NCBI GenBank assembly: GCA_000004695.1
Contig: CM000151.3
Span: 1,568,001 to 1,632,000, forward strand
DNA length: 64,000 nt
Reading direction: 5' to 3'
From: Dictyostelium discoideum
Taxonomy: Eukaryota
This document shows, in pieces, positions 21,418 through 32,932 of this stretch; position 1 is the first letter of the stretch, and each line of letters opens with the position of its first letter. A program made the position numbers and the translations under genes. Under the pieces are notes generated by a model. It saw nothing but the letters and a program-made list of their open reading frames with translations. It ran no database searches and was not told where the DNA came from.

Positions 21418-21780
21418 TTTAACAATTAATTTAAATTTTAAATTATTTCCATTGAATTGAATAGTTTTATTATTTAATATATTAATTGTTATATCATTGT
21501 TTATTGATTTAATATCAATCTTGAATTTATATATATAATCTTCACTTTGTTTATTGTTTGTTTTAGGTTTTAATAAAGTTATATTTGCAGGTGGTAGTGG
21601 TAGTTGATCTTCAATGTTATTCTTTAAAATTGATAAAATTTTCTCTTTAACATCAAACGATGTTGGTATATTGTTTATATTTGAGTTTATTTCACCATCG
21701 TTCAGCTTAAATGAAACTTCTAAACTTTTAATGGATAATAGTATTAAATTTTTATTTATTTGTATTTCATTATAATTCAT
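20042..21780 (-). CDS. RRM-like motif plus long K/E/R-rich coiled-coil protein. Exons (minus strand) 21209..21780 and 20042..21092
   Basis: The 193-aa and 319-aa minus-strand ORFs are in phase once an intron is removed. The donor is GTATGT (reverse complement 'acatac' at 21203-21208), the intron body is (TAAA)n, and the acceptor is 'aaatag' (reverse complement 'ctattt' at 21093-21098). Splicing joins ...TVIINNLPKLIFNNGDYIKSIFSYFGDI to KNFEILKDDL.... The N-terminus carries a poly-N encoded by (ATT)n at 21305-21415. Confidence 0.6.
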
Positions 21781-22420
21781 TTGTAAAAATAAAAAAAAAA
21801 TTAAAAAAAATCTGAAAAAAAAAAAGTGAAAAAAATAAAAAAAAAATAAAAAAAATAAAAAAAAACAAAAGAAATTTCTTTAAATGGTTTTTTAAAAAGG
21901 AAATGTCGTTTTGGGTTTTAAAAAAAAATATTTGGAATTAAAAAAAAAAAGATTTTGAAAAATGAAAAAAAAAAATAATTAAAAAATAAATAAATTTTAT
22001 TTATACAAAATTGAGGGATCATGATTAATGTTTTTTTTATCTGAACAATTTTAAATAAAAAAAAAAAACAAAGGAATTTTATTTTGACTTTGTTAAAAGG
22101 TAATTTTTTTATTTTTAATATTATTTTCCAAAATACAGGGGTAATTTAATTTAATTTTTTTTAATTATTTTTTTTTTTTTTCTTTTTTCAGAATTTTAAA
22201 TAAAAGGGGTAAAGGAAAATTCATTGTTTTTTTTTTTTTTTTTCTTTTAATTTTATTTACGAATATTAATATATATATATGGTTTTTCTATTTTTAAAAT
22301 TACTTCAATAATACTTTCCAATTTTTAAATATCAAAAAAAATAAAAAATAAAAAAAATAAAAAAATAAAAAAAATAAAAAAATAAAAATAAAAAAAATTA
22401 AATAATTTAATAATAAAAAA

Positions 22421-22512
22421 ATGAATAATAATTTAAAAAAATTATTAAGTAAAATGGAAATTTATAATAATTTTAAAATTGAAGAGAAAGATCAAGAAAT
22501 TAAAATTAAAAA

Positions 22513-22543
<31 letters not shown>

Positions 22544-25500
22544 AAAAATAATAATGATGATGAATGGTTTTGGAATGTAATTCATAATAAATTTTTATTT
22601 AATAAAATAATTCAACATTTAAAAAATAATGATGGTAATGATGATGATTATGATGATTATGATGAAGATTATAAAGATAATGAAGATGCAGAACCAAAAG
22701 GTGAAAAATCAATTGAAGATATTAATTATTTAAATAATTTTAAAGATATTTCATCATTAGAATTAATAATTGAAAAGAAACAATGGAATATTTTAAAAGA
22801 TAAAATTAAAAATAATCAATTTATTAGAATGGAGAAATCATCATTAAATATTTTATATAGTATTTGTAAAGATAAAGAAATTTTTAAATCATTATATAAT
22901 AATTCATGTTTATCAATGGAAATTGTGGATCCAGTATTTTATTCTGCAAAAAATAATAATTTAATATCATTACAATTATTCATTGAAGAATTTAATTTAC
23001 CAATTTATCCATCAACTTTAGAATTTGCGATTATCAATTCATCATTAAAAACCATACAATTCCTAATAGAATCAATTTTAAATAGAAATTTATCAATTGA
23101 TAGCTCATTTAAAGAGAGATCTTTAATTTGTAGTTTTAAAAATTATAGTAATAATTTGAAATCAGATTCAGTAATTACAGAATATTTATTGGAAAATAAA
23201 GAATTACTATTAGCAAATTCAATTGATATTATTAAAATTCCAATTGAAAAATGTTTAAAATTAAAAAAATTAAAAACTAAACAATTGTTATTTAATTATG
23301 GTTTCATTGATTTTAATCATTCAATACCAATTTTAAAAGAATGGTTAATTACAAACTATAATGTATTGTCAATATTGGATTTATGCTTTTCAATTAATAT
23401 TTTATTAAATTGTGATAAGCAATGTGTTGATCTTAAGAATGCACCACAATTCTCAAAAGTGATAGAATCTATTAGAGAAAGGGTTGAACAAGGTCCAATT
23501 ACAGATGACGAACATTCAAATTTTAATTTACTATTAAAAGGACGTTTAATTCAGTTAATTAGAGTTGACGAATTATTTTTAAAATTTTTAAATGAATTTG
23601 GTTTTGAAAAAGGTGTTCATTCATTAGCTTATTGTCCAATGGTAATGGTTTATCAATATACTTTTCAATCATTTAATATTCATGGATTAACACATTTATC
23701 TCATACACAAACTGATGTTCCTCATCCTCAATCGAATCCACATTTTAAACCAAATATGTCAACTTTAACTGACCCAAAGAGAATATTAAATTTTATTAAA
23801 TTTTATTTCAGTTCACAAAATAAGGTTATTTATAATGGTTGGGAAGAGATATCAAAATTTTGTTTGTTAAATTGTAGTATTGAGATTTTAAATGAAATTA
23901 TCGCAATCGAAGGATACCCAATTAAATCATTTCTAATTCCAGATATACAATTTAAACAATTCTCAAAATATCAATGGTTTATTGAGAGTATTGTTGTACC
24001 ATTTGGTTTGAAGTTACATAAAATGGCAATGTACAATTCTTATTTTCAAACTAATCAAGTTTCAAAAGATTATTATTATAGAGAAATTGATGAAAAGGTA
24101 TTAATATCAATTGAAAAATGTAATGAAATTGATTTCATTGATTATTACAGAAACTATTTCCAATTGGGTAATGATAACGTTTCAAATATTAAATATAAGA
24201 AATTAATTGGTGGTAATGGATTCTTTACAATTATCAACTCAATTGAGTGTGCACGTTATTGTTGTGAAAAATTTAAAACTATTCCAAAAGATTTAATTTA
24301 TTATAATTTAATTGTAAAAACAATTTTAACATCAAATATAAATAAAATGAAATCTATAGACACCTATGATAATTGTTCATTAAATTATTTTAAAGGTTAT
24401 TTCAATTTAAATTGTGGTTCAATTGGTACTGAAAATATTATAAAATTATTCAATTATTTAAATTCATCAGGATTTAAATCATTTTCAAAAATATGTGGTC
24501 TATATTACTTATTATATAGTTTAATAAAATCATATAGTATATCATATGATAATAGTAATAATAATAATCGTCATCATGATAATAATAACAATAATTCATT
24601 TGATATAGTTTATAAGATTTTTTCAAATTTATCAATTAATCAATTTCCAAAATGTTTTATGGATTTATTTATAACATTATGTTTTTCAAAATATCAAAGA
24701 GATTTAGAATTGGCTAAATTAATAATTGAAAAATTGGATTTTGATAATGTTTTAACAGTTTATCAATTTACAGATTTAAAATTCAAATTTCATAAATATT
24801 TAATAGAACAAAGTTATAGTGTTGATGATAGAAGAGAAGATGAACAATATGATATCATTTTATCAATAATTCAAATACTATTTGAAAAGGTTTCAGATGA
24901 AAATCAAAAGAATTTTCATGCACTTTATCAACATTTATATAATATTGCATTATCTTGTAAAGTGACATCATTGGATAAAATCAAAGTTTTACATAATCTT
25001 TATAATTCAAAATCAATACCTTTAAAAATCGGATTCTATCATTCATTCTTTTATTTAGATATCAAAAATACAAAATTAGGTAGATATTATTTATTCATTA
25101 GGGTTGATGGTTTAGAGAATGATACATTCGAGCATGGTATGGGATATAATGGTGATATCATTCCTTATTTTTCATTAGATGTTGAATTATGTTTTGATTA
25201 CATTTGTAATAATTCATATAAGGATATATTCTATTTGTTAAGAACTGTAATTATGGTCCAACCATTACCAGGATATAATGGCAGTGATTATTTAAATGGT
25301 ACTAAAAAATGTACAATCAATTTAATTAGTACACGTGGTAAAGTAAATCCTTCAAATGAATATTCATATGATGATAAATCATTTTGTGATCAAAAACAAG
25401 AAGAGATTCTATACAGTTTAAATCAAGATATCGAATATTTATCAACATTTTCTCAATATAATTTAGTAATTAGATTATTAAAAGACTCTATGGAAGCTAG

Positions 25501-26059
25501 TGAAATCGATTCAGAAACTTTAAAAGACCGTACTAAATCGTTCTTAATTTGTGGTATCGATTGTAAATCGTTAAGGAAAATTATTAATCTTGGTATTAAA
25601 GGTTTGGATTTTGAATTATTGGAACAATCATTCTATGAATTACGTTTAGACTTAATCGAATGTATTATGAATAATTATAGTGACTCAATTTTAAAATCTG
25701 GTAAAAGATTAAAAAATGATAAACATTTCCTTTTTCAATCAAATCATTTAGATATCATTGGATTCATATTTGAAAATTATATTCAATTAATGCCAGAATT
25801 TGATTTAACTTGGTTTGAAATATCATTTGAAAATGGTTTAATAGAAATGTGTTTATTAATTTTAATGTTTTATCCACAACAACAAATCATTATAACAAAT
25901 GACCTTTTAGAAAAAACAATTCAAAACAAAAATATTAATATTGTTAAATATTTTTATAATAATTATCCATCATTTAAATATTTAAAATTAAATATTCAAT
26001 CACTAATTAAAAAATATTATTTTTTAGATTATAAATATTTTGATTGGATTTTAAATTAA
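22421..26059 (+). CDS. Large hypothetical protein (1212 aa), intronless, with an N/D-rich N-terminus and no domain I can recognise
   Basis: Single uninterrupted ORF. The codon usage is AT-rich and typical of the host. Confidence 0.7.
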
Positions 26060-26213
26060 AATAAAATCAAAAAAAAATAATAAATTAATAAATAAATAAA
26101 TAAATAAAAATTATTAATCTATTAAATATATATATATATATATATATATGTTTTATTATTATTTTTTTTTTTTTTTTTTTTATATATATATTATGTTATT
26201 GAAATAATAATAT

Positions 26214-27207
26214 TTAAAGATGTTTACCACCAGTAACTGGGAAAATATCACCAGTACAATAGGTTGAATCACATGATGCTAAAAAGACATACATTGGTGC
26301 TACTTCAGAAGGTTGACCAGCACGACCCATTGGAGTATTTTTACCAAAAGTTGAAAGTTTGTCTTGTGGATAGCCACCAGAGATTTCAATTGGGGTCCAG
26401 ACTGGTCCTGGTGCAACAGAGTTTACTCTAATACCTCTGTGTGCAACTTGTTTGGATAAACTTTGAGTGAATGATACAATTGCACCCTTTGAAGTTGCAT
26501 AATCCAAAAGGAATGGTGAACCACTGAATGCCTCAATTGATGTGGTTGTAGTGATTGTTGAGCCCTTTGAAAGATGTGGTAAAGCAGCCTTTACAATATG
26601 GAACATTGAGAATACATTTACTTGGAAAGTTTCCATTAATTGCTCTGTGGTGATTTCAGTTATACAATTCTTGGCACATTGTTTACCAGCTACCAAAACC
26701 AATGTATCCAATCCTCCTAATCTATTCTTGGTTTCTTCAACTAAATCTTTACAGAATTTTTCACATGTCAAATCACCTTGAATCATTTCAAATTTGCCAC
26801 CACATGTAGTTGTACCACCACCACTGCCACCACCTGATGTGTTTTTAATCTCTTTCTCTAATAAACATTTGAGAGAATCAGCATCTTTCTTTTCACTTGG
26901 TAAATAAGAGATACAAACATCAGCACCTTCACGGAACATTGCAATGGTAACTGCTCTACCAATACCACTATCACCCCCAGTGACTAATACTCTTCTACCT
27001 CTTAAACGATTATTACCTTTATAGGTTTCTTCACCACCTAAAAATAATATTAAATTTAAATTTAAATTTTAGTTAATAAATAAATAAAAAAAAAAATAAA
27101 AAATTATTATTATAATTACACATACAATCTGGTACTGGATTCATTTCACTTTGAACCCCTGGTACATCTTGTTGTTGTTTTTGGAATGTTCCTTCCTTTG
27201 TTTCCAT
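26214..27207 (-). CDS. Short-chain dehydrogenase/reductase (classical SDR, YhdF/YghA-like). Exons (minus strand) 27126..27207 and 26214..27037
   Basis: Exon 1 METKEGTFQKQQQDVPGVQSEMNPVPD ends in phase 1 at the donor gtatgt (reverse complement 'acatac' at 27120-27125). The acceptor is ttttag (reverse complement 'ctaaaa' at 27038-27043). Exon 2 continues C-GEETYKGNNRLRGRRVLVTGGDSGIGRA (the TGxxxGxG Rossmann motif) through NVFSMFH and the catalytic YATSKGA (YxxxK). Confidence 0.75.
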
Positions 27208-27657
27208 TTTTTTTTTTTTTTTTTTTTTTCTTTTTAAATAATAAAATATATTTGAATGGCTTTCTTTTAATTATTATTTACAAAAAAAGAAAAAAAAAAG
27301 AAAAGAAAAGAAACTTTTTTTTTCTTTTTATACAAAAAAGAAATTACATAACCAGATTAAAAAAAAAAAAAAATAATAAAAATAAAAAAATTTTATTTCC
27401 ATTTGTGTTAATAATAATTATTTATGATTTTTTAATTTTAAATTTCTGAATTTGATCATATCTATAGTTAACCCCTTCTGACCTTTTTTAGATTTTCTTT
27501 TATTTTTTTTTATTTATTTTTTATTTCATTTTAATTATTATTATTATTATTATTATAATTTTTTTTTTTGATCTTTGTTTTTATTGAAATTCCAAATGTA
27601 AAAAATAAAATAAAATGAAATTGATTGTGTATGAGAATAAATGAAATAATTTAATTT

Positions 27658-27693
<36 letters not shown>

Positions 27694-27723
27694 CTCGAAA
27701 CTTAATTTTTTTTTTGTTTTTTT

Positions 27724-27761
<38 letters not shown>

Positions 27762-27784
27762 AACAATAACCTAAAGATAATAAA

Positions 27785-27889
27785 ATGTCAGATAAAAGAG
27801 ATGATGAACATCAAATATTTACCCCAATCGCAAGAGGTATAATTGAAACCATTGATAATAGTAAAGAATTAAAAAAAGTAAGTTGGATG

Positions 27890-27930
<41 letters not shown>

Positions 27931-28308
27931 ACAAATGATTAACAATAATAATAATAAAAAAAAAAAAAAAAATACAAATATTTAATATTTTAGGAAACAT
28001 GTATTTTAGTAGATAAATCAATTAAAAACGTATCAAAGTTATTAGTAAATGAATATGAAAGTCCAATTTATAGAAATTCATTTGATGATTTTAAAACCTA
28101 TATTAACAAATCCAATCCATACCTCGTTGTCGCAGGTTCAACTTTAATTCCATATTTAATTACCAAACCAAAATTTTTAAAATTAAGACCAATCTCTTTT
28201 GGTTTAGTTGGTCTTTCAACAAGTTTATATTATTGTTTCCCAAATGAAGTTTCAATGGCTGCTAAAAAATCTGTAGACTATTATAACGAATTCAAAGAAA
28301 ATTTTTAA
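27785..28308 (+). CDS. Small membrane protein of about 135 aa, function unknown. Exons 27785..27877 and 27994..28308
   Basis: MSDKRDDEHQIFTPIARGIIETIDNSKELKK followed by the donor gtaagt at 27878. The intron is poly-A. The acceptor tttag ends at 27993. The second exon ETCILVDKS...LRPISFGLVGLSTSLYYCFPNEVSMAAKKSVDYYNEFKENF contains one predicted transmembrane segment. Confidence 0.6.
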
Positions 28309-28578
28309 TTTTTAATTTTATATAAAAATAATAATAATAATTTGGAATTCATCATCACCACCACCACATATACAAATATTAATTAATATTTGTGTGGGTG
28401 ATGATTGAAAAAAGAAAAAAAAAAAAAAAAAAAAAAAAAGAATCAAATAAAAAAAAATAAAAAACAATGTAATAAATATTTATAACCAAATTACCATATT
28501 TATCTTTATTTTATTTTATTTATTTTATTTTAATTTTTTTAATTTAATAAGAATTGTGAATGAAATTAAAATATTTTC

Positions 28579-29666
28579 TCAGTCAGTGAAACCTTTCACA
28601 ACAACTTTACCCATATTTTTATTTGCTTCCAAATATTCATGAGCCTCTTTTATTTCAGAAACATTGAAAACTTTATCAACAATTGGTTTTAATTCACCAG
28701 ATTCAAATAGGGTTAAATATCTCTTTGAAAATTGAGCAACTAAATCAGCTTTATAATCATTATCACGATTTCTTAATGTTGATCCTTTAATTGTTAATCT
28801 TTTACCTAAAATTGGTGTAATATCAGCTGCTGTATCTTTAATATGTGATCCTGATAAAAATCCCTAAAAAAATTAAAAAATATTAGTAAGTGATTTATTG
28901 ATTAATTAGTTAATTGGTTGATTAAAAGTAAGTAACTACCTACTTGAATAATCATAACGCCATCCATTGAAAGTGATTTTAAATTTTGGTTCCAATATTT
29001 AGCACCAACATAATCAAATACATTGTTTACACCTTTTTTGGAGGTGACATCATTGATTACGTCTAAAAAGTTTTCATTGGTTTTATAATTGACCGAATGG
29101 GTTGCACCTAATTTTTCAATAAACTTTGCTTTTTCATCAGAACCAACAGTGCCAATGATTTTTGTTGCACCATCAACTTTACAAAGTTGGATCAATGCTG
29201 TACCAACACCACTTGCAGCAGCATGGATTAAAACGCTATTACCCGATTTGAAATTTGCTAATGGGTGTAATGCTTGGAATGCAGTTAACCAGGCTTCTGG
29301 AATCGCCGATGCCGATTCAAAAGTTAAGTGAGATGGCATGTGGAATGCTTGATTCGATGCGATTGTGCAGAACTCGCCATATGCTCCACCACCGACGAGC
29401 CCAAATACTTTATCACCGATTTTGAATCTTTTATCCTGTTTATCAGCCTCCACAACCACGCCTGACATTTCCAATCCTAAAATATCACTATCACCTGGTG
29501 GTGGTGGGTATCTACCCATTCTTTGTAAAATATCTGCTCTATTTAATGCAAAACTTTTAACATGAACTAAAATTTCATTATTCTTTGGTGTTGGTTTTGG
29601 TGCTGTTCCAATAATTAAATTTTCAATACCTCCAAATTGTTTAACTAAAATTGATCTCATTGACAT
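28579..29666 (-). CDS. MDR-family NADPH:quinone oxidoreductase (PIG3/TP53I3 or zeta-crystallin-like). Exons (minus strand) 28944..29666 and 28579..28863
   Basis: Motifs LNRADILQRMGRYPPPPG, ILGLE, AIPEAWLTAFQALH, VLIHAAASGVGTALIQL, and after splicing (donor gtaggt, acceptor ttttag) ...VMIIQ-GFLSGSHIKD...STLRNRDNDYK...EIKEAHEYLEANKNMGKVVV. These match the PIG3 family almost block for block. Confidence 0.8.
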
Positions 29667-29919
29667 TTTCTTTTTTTTTTTTTTATTATTATTAAATTAT
29701 TATTAAATTATTATTAATGTGTTTTGTTTTTTTTTTTTTTTTTTTATATGAAAAGAAAAAATTAAAAAAAAATAATGGAAAAATAAATAAAAAAAAAAAA
29801 AAACAATAAACACCACCACAATGATGTTACATTTTTTTTTTTTATTTTTTTTATTTTTTTTTTATTTTTTTTTATTTTTTTATTTTTTTTTTTAATTTTT
29901 GTTTTTTAAATAAAAAAAA

Positions 29920-29990
29920 AAAAAAAAAGCTTCTGAAGGCATTTCTATTTTTAAACAAAAATTAAAAAAGCCTTCAGAAGCTTTTTTTTT
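29920..29990. repeat. Perfect hairpin. Arms of about 21 bp ('aaaaaaaagcttctgaaggc' / 'gccttcagaagcttttttttt') with a 28-nt loop
   Basis: Seen directly in the sequence. It is a GC-containing island in a poly-A/T desert. It sits between the 3' end of the deaminase gene (30330) and the start of the quinone oxidoreductase gene (29666). Confidence 0.85.
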
Positions 29991-30091
29991 TATTGATTAT
30001 GAAATCAAAAAGCAAAAAAAAAAAAAAAAAAAAGTTAAATAATAATTATCACATTGATTTTGATTGATGCTCTAAAACTAAAATTAAATCC

Positions 30092-30122
<31 letters not shown>

Positions 30123-30329
30123 AAAAATAAAAATAAAAATAAAAATAGATATTTTCACCCTGGGCTCATATTTATTTTTTATTTGTTATTTTAATTTTTT
30201 ATTTTTTTTTTTTTTGAACCTAAAACACCATCTTTATTTTTATTTTTTTTTTTTTATATTTTTTTTTTTTTTATATACATAATGAAATAAATAAATAAAT
30301 AAATTTACAACGAAATTTTAATTTTGTGA

Positions 30330-31367
30330 TTAAAAATCAGAACTATCTGAAAAAATTCCATTTACTGGGCAATCTCTAGTCCATCCAGCTTGACAAAATG
30401 GTGTGGTTGAAAAAACGCTACCAGTACCACATACAGATGGAATTAATAAATCAGTTTGTGATTCTAAAACTCCACCTATTAAAACTGCATTATGATTAAT
30501 ACCATAACCTAATCTGAAAATTCTATCAGCATCCATTGGTAATTGAGTGAAACAACGCTCACAATACATATTTGAAATAAATGATCCAAAAATAACTTTT
30601 TCAAATTTAGTCCATAATAAAGCTGCTGAACACCTAAAAAAATAAAAAATATATTAATAACACTATAATTTAAAATTAAAATTAGTTATAATTATCATTG
30701 TTGAATAACTTACATTGGACATGGTTCACCTGTTGTGTACATGTAATAATCTTCCCATGTTTCTTGTTGGTATAATTGAGTACAATTAAGAATTGCTCTG
30801 ATTTCACCATGGAGGCTATAATAAAATAAAAAAATGAATTAATACAATTGATTTTTTTTTTTTTTTTTTTAAAAAATATATTTACATTCTTGAACCTTCT
30901 CCAGTATTAGCAGCTGTACACATTAAAGTTCCATTTTTATGTACAATTGCTGCACCAAATTTAGAATTATGTTCAATAGCTTTATCAAGTGCACTATTAA
31001 ATTTTTTTTTTTTTTTTTTTTTTTAAAGATATAAGTATGTTTTTTTTACAAAGAAAAAATATAATAATTTAACATACATTCTCATATATTTTTCATGGAA
31101 TTGCTTTTCAATTGATGATAAATCATTAGCATAAATAATACCATTCTAAAAATAATTTTTAAATTAACAATTATTAGTTATTTTTTTTTTTAAAACTTTT
31201 TTTTATTATTTTTTTACACATACATAAGCATTTTCAGGATCTACAGGTGGGTTATCGTAATATGGGGATTCTGGGCATTCTTCAACTTCACTACTTGTAC
31301 TTTGACTAATAGTTTCAAAAGTAAACAAAGTAATTATTAAAATAATAACAATAAATATCTTATTCAT
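30330..31367 (-). CDS. Secreted cytidine/guanine-deaminase-fold (CDA superfamily, GuaD/TadA-like) zinc deaminase of 241 aa. Exons (minus strand) 31224..31367, 31078..31145, 30886..30993, 30714..30815, 30330..30633
   Basis: Signal peptide MNKIFIVIILIITLFTFETISQS. The spliced product ...KFGAAIVHKNGTLMCTAANTGEGSRI-LHGEIRAILNC...YTTGEPCPM-CSAALLWTKFEKVIFGS carries the H-x-E...PCxxC zinc-binding signature. All four introns have GTATGT/GTAAAT/GTAAGT donors and AG acceptors. The summed exon length is 726 nt, a multiple of 3. Confidence 0.65.
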
Positions 31368-32481
31368 TTTTTTTTTTAATTATTTATTTAATTTTATTTT
31401 ATTTTATTTTATATTGATTTGATTAACTATTATAATATTAAATTTATTTATTTTTATTATATATGTATATCTTAATTATTAGATTTTGTTTGATGGTAAT
31501 TAATGAAATTTTATAAAAAAAAAAATACTATTTATATTATTTTTTTAATAATTTAAAATTTTTTTAAAAAAAAAAAAAAACGATAAAATTATTTAAAATA
31601 AAACTATTTTATAATAATCTATTATTATTTTTTTAAATGGGCTAATTTAAGGTTTTGTTTGAGCATTACAATGATATCATTATAGCTTCTTTTATTTGAT
31701 TGGTTGTTTTAGGTATATCGTTTAATTTAAACCTTAAATCGCATTTTGTTTTAAAGACTACGTGGTTTTTTGATCCTATTTATGGCGGTTTTTATTTTAG
31801 CGTTGCATGTTCCAATTAAAAAAACTTTGAAAATCAAAATGTAAAAAATTAAAAAAAAATAAAATTAAAAATAACCAATCAAAATTTCAAAGGGTTTTTT
31901 TTTTAGCGTTTTTTATTTTTAAATTTGATTTTATAATAATCTCTCCAAATTATGATAAAAACGAAAAAAAAAAAAAATAAAAAAAAAAACTTTTTGAAAA
32001 TAAAAAAAAAATATAAAAAAAACAATGCAAAGATAATAACAAAAAAAAAAATATTAAAAAAAAAAATATTAAAAAAAAAAAAATATTAAAAAAAAAATTT
32101 TTTTTTATTATCTATTTTATCTATTATTAATGAAAATAATTAAAAAAAAAATAAATTATTTTTATTTTTCAATTTTGTAAAAAAAAAAAAAAAATTGTTT
32201 TCATACCATCAGAATCTATAATCTTAAACAATTCAGTTTATTCTAAAAAAAGAAAAAATAATTTATTTTTTATTTTTTATTTTTTATTTATATTAAAAAA
32301 AAAAAAACGGTTTAGACACCCCAGTCAATTGATGGCAAACCAAAATTCTAAAAATGTTCACTTTCTATCCAATCAACCATTTTAAAATAAAAAAATCTTT
32401 GAATTTTTCGTTTTTTGTAAAAATTGACATCTAATCTGAAGTAAAGGCCAATGGAATTCATTCAAACGATAAAACCTTTTG

Positions 32482-32516
<35 letters not shown>

Positions 32517-32591
32517 AAATTTGCCATATTTTTTTGCAAATTAACATTATGATGTTTTAAAAAAAAAAATGAAGAATCCTTTCTGTTTTTT

Positions 32592-32622
<31 letters not shown>

Positions 32623-32727
32623 TTTGCTAAAAATAATCAAGTAAGGTCCTAGGGGTTTAATAATTTTTTCATATTTTTATTTATATATTTTTTTTGTATT
32701 AAAAAAAAAATAAAAAAAAAAAATAAA

Positions 32728-32873
32728 ATGAAAATTCTATTATATATTGCAATAATTTTATCTTTTTTTAGTTTAATTACTATTTCAAGTGAATGTAAAA
32801 TAGCTGTACTTTTATCAGGATGTAAGTAATGGAAAAAAAAAAAGAATAAAAATAGTAAATAATTTCAAAATTT

Positions 32874-32932
<59 letters not shown>

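Noticed and set aside
26214-31367. Possibility that the enzyme cluster is a prokaryotic operon or contaminant contig
   Set aside because: All three genes have spliceosomal introns with GTAAGT/GTATGT donors, A/T-rich introns and host-like codon usage, and they are embedded in typical Dictyostelium intergenic DNA.
31600-32500. Moderately complex non-coding stretches ('gggctaatttaaggttttgtttgagcattacaatgatatcatt...', 'cggtttagacaccccagtcaattgatggcaaacc...') as ncRNA genes
   Set aside because: No DUSE-like box, no terminator T-run pairing and no recognisable RNA-family signature. It may just be the promoter or 5' region of the Grl gene.
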